From the NCBI GenBank assembly GCA_016839365.1, contig JAEOUH010000047.1:1-64000 (forward strand): a DNA stretch of 64,000 bases, read 5' to 3'. Below, piece after piece: positions 19,582 through 29,464 of this stretch. This DNA comes from Candidatus Hermodarchaeota archaeon. GTDB lineage: Archaea; Asgardarchaeota; Hermodarchaeia; Hermodarchaeales; Hermodarchaeaceae. A model generated the notes under the pieces. It was not told the origin of the DNA, did no database searches, and saw only the letters and a list, made by a program, of their open reading frames with translations. Positions within the stretch are counted from its first letter, which is position 1, and each line of letters begins with the position of its first letter. Position numbers and translations under genes: made by a program.

Positions 19582-20334
19582 TTAACTGGCCTCCAATTGG
19601 GTTTCACTTTGTAATGCGACTAACCCATCGTGGATTATTACATATCGTTCTGACATGCCTTCTAAATGTTCAAAGAGGGTTGTATAAACTGATCGACTTC
19701 GTAATGGCGCTTTCGTGTCTAAGTCATCGATGGGAGCAAGAGATTTACGTCTAATAGCGCGTCTAAAAGCGATTACTATTCGATAACCATCTTCCCGTCG
19801 AAGCCGTGCTTGCTGTTTCTTCGACAGAATATGGAGGAAACTATCGAGCTGTGTCTTCAGAGAGAGTGAATCAACTATTATTACTAAACACGCAACAAAC
19901 AGAAAGATACTTCCTATCATCTCACTTTCCCACCAAGATAGTTGCGTTATAGGAGCCATCAAATCCAGTGCCGCTCTCAAGCAGCGTAGGCTTACATCCC
20001 GTTTTTGGGCTAAATAGAACAGGTCGCTAGCCTCGAGTAAGAGACCGGCGGCTCTTGTGGGCTGGTGTTTGCGCCAATAATAGTCCCCGCTAACGAGGAC
20101 AAAGACTAGCGCATCTTCGTGCTGTTTTTTCTCCCGAAGTTTTGCGGCTTCTTGCAGGTATTGACCTAACTTCGCCTTGGCCACATCCGATCCAGGCGAT
20201 GTCATTAACCCTGTTAAGCGTAACTCAGCTTCTGTTTCAAATGACTTTCGGTGATTCCCAACCGCCTTATAGAGATCCCGCCAGAAATTTTGCAGAAAAA
20301 CACCTCGTAACAACCGGGAAAGTGCTCTTTCCAA
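19582..20334 (-). CDS. Hypothetical all-helical (TPR/SNAP-like) protein
   Basis: 250-aa ORF with TPR-like A/L periodicity; start uncertain. Confidence 0.55.
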   Translation of the reverse strand: MERALSRLLRGVFLQNFWRDLYKAVGNHRKSFETEAELRLTGLMTSPGSDVAKAKLGQYLQEAAKLREKKQHEDALVFVLVSGDYYWRKHQPTRAAGLLLEASDLFYLAQKRDVSLRCLRAALDLMAPITQLSWWESEMIGSIFLFVACLVIIVDSLSLKTQLDSFLHILSKKQQARLRREDGYRIVIAFRRAIRRKSLAPIDDLDTKAPLRSRSVYTTLFEHLEGMSERYVIIHDGLVALQSETQLEAS

Positions 20335-20457
20335 TCCTTAGCTTATAAGACTGAAAAACATTCGGTGAAATCTAAAACTTCAAAGAAAGTGAGGTTTATT
20401 CATCGAATCTAGCAAAGTTTATGTTGGTCGAACCTTTGTTTCAGTTGGTGGCGTCAA

Positions 20458-23400
20458 GTGGTTTCCAAGCGGACTGTAGTGGCAGCTATTTCCGTAGCCA
20501 TTATCCTAATGATAATTCTTAGTTTTCTTTTGCCACTTATTTTTGTGCCACCTATTCCGCGACAACGACCATTCGATGACATCCCCGATTGGGGAACTGG
20601 GGTGACAGTAGAGGGGGGAGAAGACACCATCCTTGATAATATTACGCTTGAGGATGTTACCTTAGATCTAAACTGGTCAATTGACCCGACATTCATTGTT
20701 GCCATTGTCTCACCGGTGGATCCACCTCGTTATTGGCGAACTACCGCCTACGACCGATATACTGGAACCGATTGGGAAAAGAGCACAAACGCCACCCTGC
20801 CACTTCCCATGGTTACTCCCGCAGGTGAGACAGTGTATACCATAACCCAAAATATTACCAATCAGGGTCCAACGGGAACATTTCCTCTCTTATCCTTGTG
20901 GCCGGAACCCCAAATTATTGACCAGTCCCTTCAATTTCCCAATCTTTCCGATCCTAATTCCTATAACCTTGAGGTTGATGAGTTCGGAACTGCCCTTTTC
21001 AACGGATTCTTCTCCCAAACGGGAACCGCAACCTTGCAATATCAGGTTACTTACCTACCCCGAAATTGGACACTAATCCGCCCACAATCGCTCCCAAGTA
21101 GTTCGACTCCAGCTCCTATTCTCGCTCAGTATCAACAGCAAGGGCTTACTATGATGAGCGCTTCGACCCGTTCGAATGTACAGACACGGTTATCGTCGAT
21201 TCTTGCTGGTGTACCCAATACAGCCTTCGAGCAAGCTTTTGCCATTCACAACTATTTCAAAGCAAGTTTCGCCTTTGACCCGTTTGTTCCAAGACCAAGT
21301 TCGAGCGAGGAGCATGTTGAATGGTTTCTCCAGCAAGGCGGAGGTATAGGAATTGACTTTGCCACCACTTATACAATGTTTCTCCGTGAAGCGGGAATTG
21401 CCGCCAGACCGGTCTTTGGAGCAGTGCTTGGAGAAAATCAGGGGAGTCAACGGGTCCTTCGTCTGATGCACCTTCATTTTTGGGTCGAAGTGTATATTCC
21501 TACCGCTTCACAGGGCTATTGGATTCAATTTGACCCCACCCCGTTACCCAGCTTTGTCACCGACGGTAGCCCTCCACCCGTACCCAGCCCACCAAACCAG
21601 TCTCCCACCCCTGTTGTGCCCGATGAGGACCCCTGGGTTGTGAGTAGCTACTTGAACCTAGCCGTCAGCGTTTCTTCTCCCATTGTCAACCGATTTCAGC
21701 TATTTCAAATCAGTGCAACTCTTACCGAGGATGGCGTCCCCCAAGCTGGTGAGACGATTTCATTCTATGATGAAACCGAACAATGGTTCTTGGGAAGCAG
21801 TGTAACCTCGGCTCTTGGTGTAGCGAGTGTAACCTTTGAGTATAACAATTCAGCCATCGTTGGTGGACACTTACTCAGCGCGGAATTCATCGCCTTGAGA
21901 GCGTACAACGTCACTGCACTTTATGGTGCAGCAAATCTGTTGATGTCCGTTGCCCCATTGGAAGCGAACCGAAGTACATTCGTTCATATTAATGGTACAT
22001 TAACCGATGCGGTTAATGGCAGAGGGATTTCAGCTAATGAAACCGGCTTCACAGGCGTTAATATCTTATTCAATTTCGCCCTTGCTTCGCAACCGTTAAC
22101 TGACGCACTAGGTCGTTACGCGGTTGATTACTCAATTCCTCTCTCTCAAGCACCTTTAGGTCCAACGCAGGTGCAAGCCGCATTTGTTTTACCAGGTGTC
22201 ATAGATCCAACGGCGAGTGGAATTGAAATATTAAATGTCACTGCCACCTCACAGCTTACTGTCCAAGCACAACCGAATTCGGTACGGTTAAACAGTAATA
22301 CTACACTTCAAGGCCAACTAAGATATGACAACGGCACAGGAATTGCCGGACAGAGCATTCTACTGTTTTGGAATGGAACACCTGCTGGCACAACAAGCAC
22401 TGATGGGGCTGGCTACTATTCTCTGGATTATAATGCTACAGCAATTGGACAGGTCACCATTGATGCCCGGTTTTTAGGTGCTCAATATGTGTACGGTTCA
22501 CAGGCATCAAGCACTGCTCTCGTGCACCAACAAGGCACAATCGTTGTATATGTAGACGATGATGATGGTGACGATATCACCCAACGGGGAAATACTGTTT
22601 TCTTTTCAGGTTATGTTGAAGATCAATATGGAACCCGCCAAGGATCCGTGACCGTCCGTATTTTTTTGAATGGAACTCAGGTTGCTTCTACTGTAACCTT
22701 TGCCAACGGGTCGTACTCAGTTAGTTTTTTGCTTCCAGGAACCCAACCGGTGGGTATTCGTGAGGTCACTGGGGATGTCGTTCATGCAACATTGATAGCC
22801 ATCTCCAGCTTTGATTATTTTCTAATTAATTCATCAACCGCGGTTCAGAACCTAATAGTTGATATCTCCCCTGCCCTGCTGGGGGAAACAGTCACTCTTA
22901 TTGGTCAACTTATTGATGATCAAAGAATCGGGCTTTCAGGACAAAGTCTTGACCTTGCTATTTCTTACTTAGCCACCTCCATCCCAATTGGACCAGTGTT
23001 AACTCAACCAGGTGGCACGTTTTCATTTGTTCTACCGATTCCAACAATCATTCCTTCAAGCGTTTCGACCATTTCATTGGATGTGACCTATGTTGGGACC
23101 CTCTATTATGGCGCCAGTGGCAATTCTTCGTTTCTTTACATCTTCTCAAACGCGACGCTCCTGATTGATGTCCCTGCGGGACCTTTTGCGTGGAATGAAA
23201 GCATTCTGGTAAATGGTTCCCTTGTCGATAATTTTGGTCGTCCCCTACCTAACCGAGATATCCAGCTTTTCGTTAATGGAACGAGTAACATTTTAACTGC
23301 ATCAGATCAATTGGGCCACGTCGGGTTCCTGATTAGATTCAGACCTTCAGGAATCAACGATGCGACCTATGCCCTACAGCTCCGGCACGAAACGATAATT

Positions 23401-23964
23401 ACCCTTAACTCGTCTGTAAGAAACATAATTGTGGAGGCCGAACAACCCATGCAACCACCACCATCTCTACCAATTCCCCTTGAATGGATTTTTGTTATAG
23501 TCATAATCATTGTCATTGCGATTATTGCCTTTCTTGGCTATCGCTACTGGAAACGCCGTCCTCGGCAGCCTACTGTACCATCAATAGATGCAGCAGCGAT
23601 GCTGACTGCTCTTCGTCAGCTTCTGACAGATAAGAAATACAGGGAAGCCATCATCTACGCCTTCCGGATGTATGAAGCCATCATTCAGGCTAAACTCGGA
23701 ATCTATCGCGACCCTAGTATAACAGTACGAGAGTTCGCCAATCTCACTGTTGCGCATGGCCGCCTAGACTCCCGAAATATGGAGGTTTTCATTCGGGGTG
23801 TCGAAGAAGCCCGCTACAGTGATCATCCCGTTAGCTATAATCTGGCGCTCTCCACATTGAGTGCCTTTGCCAGTCTCTACAACTCCTTAACTGGAGGCAA
23901 TCTGCGGTTTGTCACGCAAGAAGAACAACCCCAACCAAATGCCCAACCAACCGAAAGCGGCTGA
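20458..23964 (+). CDS. Membrane-anchored transglutaminase-like domain protein with Ig-like repeats and C-terminal DUF4129-like domain
   Basis: RYWRTTAYD, LREAGIAAR, HFWVEVY, WIQFDPTP; beta-rich repeats; TM helix; SITVREF...EEARYSDH. Confidence 0.8.
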   Translation: MVSKRTVVAAISVAIILMIILSFLLPLIFVPPIPRQRPFDDIPDWGTGVTVEGGEDTILDNITLEDVTLDLNWSIDPTFIVAIVSPVDPPRYWRTTAYDRYTGTDWEKSTNATLPLPMVTPAGETVYTITQNITNQGPTGTFPLLSLWPEPQIIDQSLQFPNLSDPNSYNLEVDEFGTALFNGFFSQTGTATLQYQVTYLPRNWTLIRPQSLPSSSTPAPILAQYQQQGLTMMSASTRSNVQTRLSSILAGVPNTAFEQAFAIHNYFKASFAFDPFVPRPSSSEEHVEWFLQQGGGIGIDFATTYTMFLREAGIAARPVFGAVLGENQGSQRVLRLMHLHFWVEVYIPTASQGYWIQFDPTPLPSFVTDGSPPPVPSPPNQSPTPVVPDEDPWVVSSYLNLAVSVSSPIVNRFQLFQISATLTEDGVPQAGETISFYDETEQWFLGSSVTSALGVASVTFEYNNSAIVGGHLLSAEFIALRAYNVTALYGAANLLMSVAPLEANRSTFVHINGTLTDAVNGRGISANETGFTGVNILFNFALASQPLTDALGRYAVDYSIPLSQAPLGPTQVQAAFVLPGVIDPTASGIEILNVTATSQLTVQAQPNSVRLNSNTTLQGQLRYDNGTGIAGQSILLFWNGTPAGTTSTDGAGYYSLDYNATAIGQVTIDARFLGAQYVYGSQASSTALVHQQGTIVVYVDDDDGDDITQRGNTVFFSGYVEDQYGTRQGSVTVRIFLNGTQVASTVTFANGSYSVSFLLPGTQPVGIREVTGDVVHATLIAISSFDYFLINSSTAVQNLIVDISPALLGETVTLIGQLIDDQRIGLSGQSLDLAISYLATSIPIGPVLTQPGGTFSFVLPIPTIIPSSVSTISLDVTYVGTLYYGASGNSSFLYIFSNATLLIDVPAGPFAWNESILVNGSLVDNFGRPLPNRDIQLFVNGTSNILTASDQLGHVGFLIRFRPSGINDATYALQLRHETIITLNSSVRNIIVEAEQPMQPPPSLPIPLEWIFVIVIIIVIAIIAFLGYRYWKRRPRQPTVPSIDAAAMLTALRQLLTDKKYREAIIYAFRMYEAIIQAKLGIYRDPSITVREFANLTVAHGRLDSRNMEVFIRGVEEARYSDHPVSYNLALSTLSAFASLYNSLTGGNLRFVTQEEQPQPNAQPTESG

Positions 23965-25354
23965 AGCGAAAAAACGGAGCAAATTCATCACTATCTTTGT
24001 CTTCTGCTTCGTGTTCGCCATAGCGTGGCTGCCAATTTTACTCAGCATTACGGGTGTCGGTGGCGTTGACCTGCTCCCATTCTCAATCTATAACACAAGC
24101 ACTGATCCAGGGGACGGCTGTTCAGAACTTGCCAGTGAATTGGTGAGCAATGGGTATGAGGTTCATCCCTTAATCAGCTCTCTAAGTGTGATTAACAGCA
24201 TTCCCAGCAACCACGTCCTTTGTATTATCGGACCTACTCACTTTTTTTCCATAATTGAAATTTCAGCGCTATTAGACTTCTTCATGAATGGGGGAAGCCT
24301 GCTATTAGTAGATGATTTTGGTTCTGCGAATAACATACTAGATGGGCTAGCGGTTTACAGCGACACGTGGCCCAAACGGACCGTGAATCTAATGGTCGTA
24401 TCAGACATTCGCTTTTCTCACGGTCTCCTCTTAGATGCAAGCATCAATGAAAACGGGCTCCCTTTGCTCCCGGTAATCAACTCTTTTAATGATGGGGGGC
24501 GCATCTTTTCTCCTGGTCACCACGTTGTAATGAACTACGCCTCATCCATTGAAGGAGCTTCAGGTTACGAGCTAGCCGCCTCCTCGACGAACTCATGGAT
24601 TGTAGCCGGAGATGTTTACAGTCATGTAATAAATGCAGGCGATCCCAATTACATCGCCTATAACGCAACCCGAGGAGACCAACCTGGTCCACTTCCAGTA
24701 ATGCTAGAGATGCAGGTAATGAATGGCACGTTGATTATGCTTAGCGATCCTAGCATCTTTATCAATAATATGATTGACCGTGGCACCAATCGCCGGTTTG
24801 CCGTCGAACTGTTTACCTACCTTGCGAATCAGGCGAATGCAAACTCCATCATAATTGATCATAACCATTTAGGATGGACCCCAAACTCACCGGTCCTTTA
24901 TGTAGGGTTGATGTTGGGGCAAATCACTTATGTTTCGACCAATTGGATTTTAGCCCCCTTGGCACCGCTTTTAGCCATTTGGATGGTTCGGCGGTACCTA
25001 CCATTTGGACGCCCAGAGAAGCAGAAACCTATGGAAATCTATCGGTTACGGGGCCAAACGATGTTCACGAGAACATTGTATGAGTACATTAACAACCAGC
25101 GTTATAACGAAGCCCTAAAAATCATCTATGGCCAACTTAAGCGCGATTTAGGTCGAAAATACGGGTTACGCATTTTTGATGTACCACGACTTCTTGTAAC
25201 GGTTTCGCGCACACGACAGCCAAGCGATATTGCACTTATTACAGATGATTTTGAAGCACTTGAAAAAGTAGTCCATACATCAAAACGGATTAAACGTGAA
25301 GAATTTCTGGACCGCTTTTTCCAAATTCAACGTATACGAGACAATATTGGGTGA
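23939..25354 (+). CDS. DUF4350-like (GATase-fold) membrane protein
   Basis: GGSLLLVDDFG, LSDPSIFINNM, NRRF; MoxR operon context. Confidence 0.7.
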   Translation: MPNQPKAAEAKKRSKFITIFVFCFVFAIAWLPILLSITGVGGVDLLPFSIYNTSTDPGDGCSELASELVSNGYEVHPLISSLSVINSIPSNHVLCIIGPTHFFSIIEISALLDFFMNGGSLLLVDDFGSANNILDGLAVYSDTWPKRTVNLMVVSDIRFSHGLLLDASINENGLPLLPVINSFNDGGRIFSPGHHVVMNYASSIEGASGYELAASSTNSWIVAGDVYSHVINAGDPNYIAYNATRGDQPGPLPVMLEMQVMNGTLIMLSDPSIFINNMIDRGTNRRFAVELFTYLANQANANSIIIDHNHLGWTPNSPVLYVGLMLGQITYVSTNWILAPLAPLLAIWMVRRYLPFGRPEKQKPMEIYRLRGQTMFTRTLYEYINNQRYNEALKIIYGQLKRDLGRKYGLRIFDVPRLLVTVSRTRQPSDIALITDDFEALEKVVHTSKRIKREEFLDRFFQIQRIRDNIG

Positions 25355-25360
25355 AATGAA

Positions 25361-26329
25361 ATGAGTAGACGCAGAAGAAGTGAAGGAATGACCATTTCTG
25401 AAGTACGAAGCCATGCAACCAAAATCCTCGACGAAGTAGGCAAGGTGATTGTGGGGAAACGCAATATTCTCCAAAATATCCTGATTGGACTACTAGCGAA
25501 AGGACACATCCTCCTTGAAGGAGTGCCCGGCATCGCAAAAACTTACATGGCAAACGCCTTTGCCCAAGCCATTGGCTGTGAGTTTAAGCGAATCCAATTT
25601 ACCCCGGATATGTTACCCGCCGACATCGTTGGAACTAACATCTATGACCCTAACACAGGGGAATTTCGCCTACGAAAAGGTCCAGTCTTTTCAAATCTTG
25701 TGCTAGCCGACGAAGTCAACAGATCACCCCCAAAGACCCAATCAGCGTTGCTTGAAGCGATGCAGGAAAAGCAAGTTACTATTGAAGGCGCTACGCTACC
25801 CCTTCCAGAACCATTCATGGTTTTGGCAACACAGAACCCTATCGAATTAGAAGGAACATATCCTCTTCCCGAAGCACAGGTTGACAGATTCTTGTTTAAG
25901 CTTCATGTCGATTATCCTTCGGATGCGGAGGAGGTAGAGATTCTTCGTCGGAAGCATCAACCCGAGGAGGTTGATATTGAACCCGTCGCGGATCCACATA
26001 TTTTGATGCAGATGCAGGAATCGACTAAGCGGGTATTCGTTGAGCCTTATATTATGTCGTATATTCGAGACATCGTTGTTCGCACGCGGAATGATCCTCA
26101 GATTTTGATTGGTGGTTCGCCTCGTGCATCGATTGTGTTGCTTGACACTTCCAAAGTTCATGCGGCGTTTAGTGGTCGTGACTATGTTACACCAGACGAC
26201 ATTAAGATGTTGGCTCAGCATGCGCTGAACCACCGTTTGATTCTGAAACCCGAAGCTGAATTGGAAGGCACTTCCGTCCAGGCTGTTGTGGACCGGATTC
26301 TAAGGCAGATTAGTGCACCGGGAGCGTAA
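25361..26329 (+). CDS. moxR: MoxR family AAA+ ATPase
   Basis: GVPGIAKT, RIQFTPD, DEVNR, ATQNPIE, GTYPLPEAQVDRF. Confidence 0.93.
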   Translation: MSRRRRSEGMTISEVRSHATKILDEVGKVIVGKRNILQNILIGLLAKGHILLEGVPGIAKTYMANAFAQAIGCEFKRIQFTPDMLPADIVGTNIYDPNTGEFRLRKGPVFSNLVLADEVNRSPPKTQSALLEAMQEKQVTIEGATLPLPEPFMVLATQNPIELEGTYPLPEAQVDRFLFKLHVDYPSDAEEVEILRRKHQPEEVDIEPVADPHILMQMQESTKRVFVEPYIMSYIRDIVVRTRNDPQILIGGSPRASIVLLDTSKVHAAFSGRDYVTPDDIKMLAQHALNHRLILKPEAELEGTSVQAVVDRILRQISAPGA

Positions 26330-26335
26330 GTTTAC

Positions 26336-27658
26336 GTGTTCTCCGAACGTGGACGAACAGTTCTCCTCATTGGGATATTCATCCTCGTCTCGGGATTTGC
26401 CTTTACAAATTTCGTTCTTGTCATTTTAGGCATCTTTCTTATCATAGGATCCGTAGCCAGTTCACCCTTTTTTCATCTGACCATGCCGGTTGAAACTCTT
26501 GAAGTGACCAGGGAAATCGACAAACGCAAAATTTTCCAAGATGATTTTCTGCATGTGAAACTTATTGTGAAAAATTCGGGGTCTCATCGAATCGATTCAA
26601 TTGATATTTTCGATGTATATCCTGAGATATTTCGACTGGTGTTGGGACAGAACAGAATTCGAACCCGTATTGACCCGAATCAAGAGATTAAATTCTCATA
26701 CATTCTCCAAGCTCCACTCCGAGGGAAGTTCACTTTTGGACCCACTAAATTTCAGATATATGATCGGTTAGAGTTTCGGTTTGAAGAAATGTCTGGAGAG
26801 AATTTTGAAGAGCTTCTAATTTATCCTAATGTCGAAGAAGTCCGTATTATGGAAAGTCTCGCAAAGAAGCGCCGAGTGGGTCATATGTTTGGAATTCATA
26901 AGACCCGCCAGATGAGTTTAGGGACCGATTTCACAGGTATCCGGAAATATGAAGTGGGAGATGAATACCGCCGGATTGACTGGAAGGCGTCTGCTCGAAC
27001 ACAAAAGCTCATGATGCGCCAATATGAGACTGAGCGCAACATTCGCATGTTTATCATTCTTGATATTGGTGCAACCATGGCAGCTGGGCGTCCAGAAAAT
27101 AGTAAACTTGAGGCCGCCATCCGTGCAGCCTTGATGCTCGCAAAGATGGCGATGGAGCGAAAGGACCATGTTGGACTATTAAGTTGGTCAACGAAGCAAC
27201 ATTCGTTCTTGAAACCTGGGTTAGGTGATGCCCATTATTATCGAATGCTCGATCTGTTAGCTGAGATTTCACCTGGCGGCGAGTTCGATTTGACCACGGC
27301 CATTGAGTATCTAGCGCCACGCGTTACTCAGCAAAGCTTCTTTGTAATAATTACCGACCTGGAATCAAATCGTAAGCGTTTGGAAAAAGGTGTCAAACTT
27401 ATTCGTGGTTACAAACATAATGCAATAATTGTTCGACCTTTTGGCCCATGGTTCGAAATAGAAGAGATTTACCTCTCCCCTGTTGAACGAGCCATTGGAG
27501 AGGCGATTGTCCACAGGCTTCTTGAAGAACAGTCTCAGTTATCGAAAAGCTTCCAACGAGTGGGTGTAACAATTGTTCCTGTTGGCCCCGGGGATTTTCT
27601 TCCCACAGTTTTAAGTGAGTATCTCAAGGCGAAGAAACGAAGTATAGCGGTGATTTAG
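26336..27658 (+). CDS. DUF58 (vWA-associated) protein
   Basis: IRKYEVGDEYRRIDWKASAR motif; downstream of MoxR. Confidence 0.88.
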   Translation: MFSERGRTVLLIGIFILVSGFAFTNFVLVILGIFLIIGSVASSPFFHLTMPVETLEVTREIDKRKIFQDDFLHVKLIVKNSGSHRIDSIDIFDVYPEIFRLVLGQNRIRTRIDPNQEIKFSYILQAPLRGKFTFGPTKFQIYDRLEFRFEEMSGENFEELLIYPNVEEVRIMESLAKKRRVGHMFGIHKTRQMSLGTDFTGIRKYEVGDEYRRIDWKASARTQKLMMRQYETERNIRMFIILDIGATMAAGRPENSKLEAAIRAALMLAKMAMERKDHVGLLSWSTKQHSFLKPGLGDAHYYRMLDLLAEISPGGEFDLTTAIEYLAPRVTQQSFFVIITDLESNRKRLEKGVKLIRGYKHNAIIVRPFGPWFEIEEIYLSPVERAIGEAIVHRLLEEQSQLSKSFQRVGVTIVPVGPGDFLPTVLSEYLKAKKRSIAVI

Positions 27659-27678
27659 GAAATGGAGGCAGAAAATCA

Positions 27679-28923
27679 ATGACACGATACATTCTTTGGG
27701 TGCTCCGGGGCATCGCTGTAGCCGCATTCATTGCTTTTGCCGCTATTATACTGATGAGTCTAAATCCATTAGTATGGCGTATCGCGGGACCTAGTGGCAT
27801 CTTCACCGCACTTGTAGACTTCGCAGTCGGACTTCGTAATGTGTTAACTTTACTGATTATTTCTTTCATCGAATTAGCTGCAGCTGTAAGTGCGTACATC
27901 ACAGGTTTTCTGACACAACAGGATGCCGCTGGACTTGTTACGTTCTTCCGAGATGCGATTACTGCGTATTTCCAAGCCTTTGGATTCAGTCTAGCGCCTG
28001 CTGGGCTCCCTCCATTCGATTATGTGATTATTTTTCTCCTTAGCTTCTATTTCTTGTCCTTTTGGATTCTACTGATCATTGCCATTATCGCAGGCGTTAC
28101 GTCATTTCTTAGAGTGAGTGGCCGATTAGCATCATTGTGCTTCATCTCGATGATTGGATTAGCAATCCTTGGTGCTGCTGGGATTGTGCTGAATATTCCA
28201 GGCAGCGAAAACGGCTACTTTCTTCCAAGTGCTGAGTTTATCTGGCCCTTGTCATGGCCTGTATTACTTGTGGCCTTGGTGGGCTTCATCTACCTCGAAG
28301 CCTCCTACCAAGTCGTGTATTTTTACTCACTTCTTGAGCCGGTAACTGTTCGCGAAGAACAGTTACGAAGGCAAATAACTCAGTTGCACACTGATGCTCA
28401 AAGACAGGTGCCGGTGCAAACTGAGGAGGTTCCAGTGCCTAAAGCGCTTCAACGAATGTTAGGCTCAGATGCGTTTCGATTAATGCGCCAAGTGATTGAA
28501 AGAAAATTGTTACGCAGAGAATGGCTCGTCGAATTGAAAGACGCCCATGAGGTACGACGATTGAATAGGTTTGTTACGCGGTTATTCCGGGAAGACCCAG
28601 AAGCTGAAGCCACTCTAACTGCGCGTGCTTCAACGCCCTCAATATATCGTATGACTGTCTTATCGATCAGCTCATCAGCTATTGGGTTTATTTTCGTGCT
28701 TCTCATTGCGTATATTTGCATCAATCCTCTAGCCTTTCTAACCCTATTGAATGCCCCGCCAATCATTATTGAATCAATTGAGCTGTTATTTCTGCCCGAA
28801 AAAACACTGTTGTTTCTGGTGCCCCTAGCACTGCTCTTTCCTCTTGCAGCTTCGATAATCGGCTATATTCGACAACGACGTGCTCAACCAGCAGAGCCGA
28901 CTAGACCGACAATAACACAGTAG
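27679..28923 (+). CDS. Hypothetical polytopic membrane protein
   Basis: Many TM segments; last gene of the MoxR operon. Confidence 0.7.
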   Translation: MTRYILWVLRGIAVAAFIAFAAIILMSLNPLVWRIAGPSGIFTALVDFAVGLRNVLTLLIISFIELAAAVSAYITGFLTQQDAAGLVTFFRDAITAYFQAFGFSLAPAGLPPFDYVIIFLLSFYFLSFWILLIIAIIAGVTSFLRVSGRLASLCFISMIGLAILGAAGIVLNIPGSENGYFLPSAEFIWPLSWPVLLVALVGFIYLEASYQVVYFYSLLEPVTVREEQLRRQITQLHTDAQRQVPVQTEEVPVPKALQRMLGSDAFRLMRQVIERKLLRREWLVELKDAHEVRRLNRFVTRLFREDPEAEATLTARASTPSIYRMTVLSISSSAIGFIFVLLIAYICINPLAFLTLLNAPPIIIESIELLFLPEKTLLFLVPLALLFPLAASIIGYIRQRRAQPAEPTRPTITQ

Positions 28924-29377
28924 CTCGTGAGGTAGCACTTTCAGCCAATGCCACTTGAACGGCAGTGACATTTGGGAAATCAGAGGACAGGTTGACAATC
29001 AACTTCTGGCATAAAAAGCGGGCGAGCTCTTCAGCAGTTGTTTCGACAACGTCAATGACCTTTACATCCTTAGCGGGAAATGAGTATTTACCGTTGGGCG
29101 TGGTAACTTCGATTTGCTGGGCCTTTTTAGTGGTTCTGATTAATTTCGATTGGGCAGGAAGTAGGACAAAGTGATCCCACTGTTTGCAAAGTTGTTGTAT
29201 GCGCTTTTTGAGTATGCGAAAATCCACAACCATCCCATATGAATCGATTTCACCCCAAATAGTGACAGTGACATGGTAATTATGCCCGTGAAGTTGCTCA
29301 CAGGCTCCCCCTTCGCTAACGAAGTGGGCTGCAGCAAAATCGATTCCTGAAACCTCTACCGAAACCTGACTGGTCAT
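28901..29377 (-). CDS. queD: 6-carboxytetrahydropterin synthase (QueD/PTPS family)
   Basis: FAAAH, CEQLHGHNY, GMVVDF, WDH, TTAEELA. Confidence 0.85.
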   Translation of the reverse strand: MTSQVSVEVSGIDFAAAHFVSEGGACEQLHGHNYHVTVTIWGEIDSYGMVVDFRILKKRIQQLCKQWDHFVLLPAQSKLIRTTKKAQQIEVTTPNGKYSFPAKDVKVIDVVETTAEELARFLCQKLIVNLSSDFPNVTAVQVALAESATSRATVLLSV

Positions 29378-29464
29378 AGTGAGTACCCCCTTCAATAGAG
29401 TATGTTCGTGTAGAAAAAGTATGGGAAAAAGAGAGGAAAGGCGCCCGCCAAGGCGGACGCGGGG

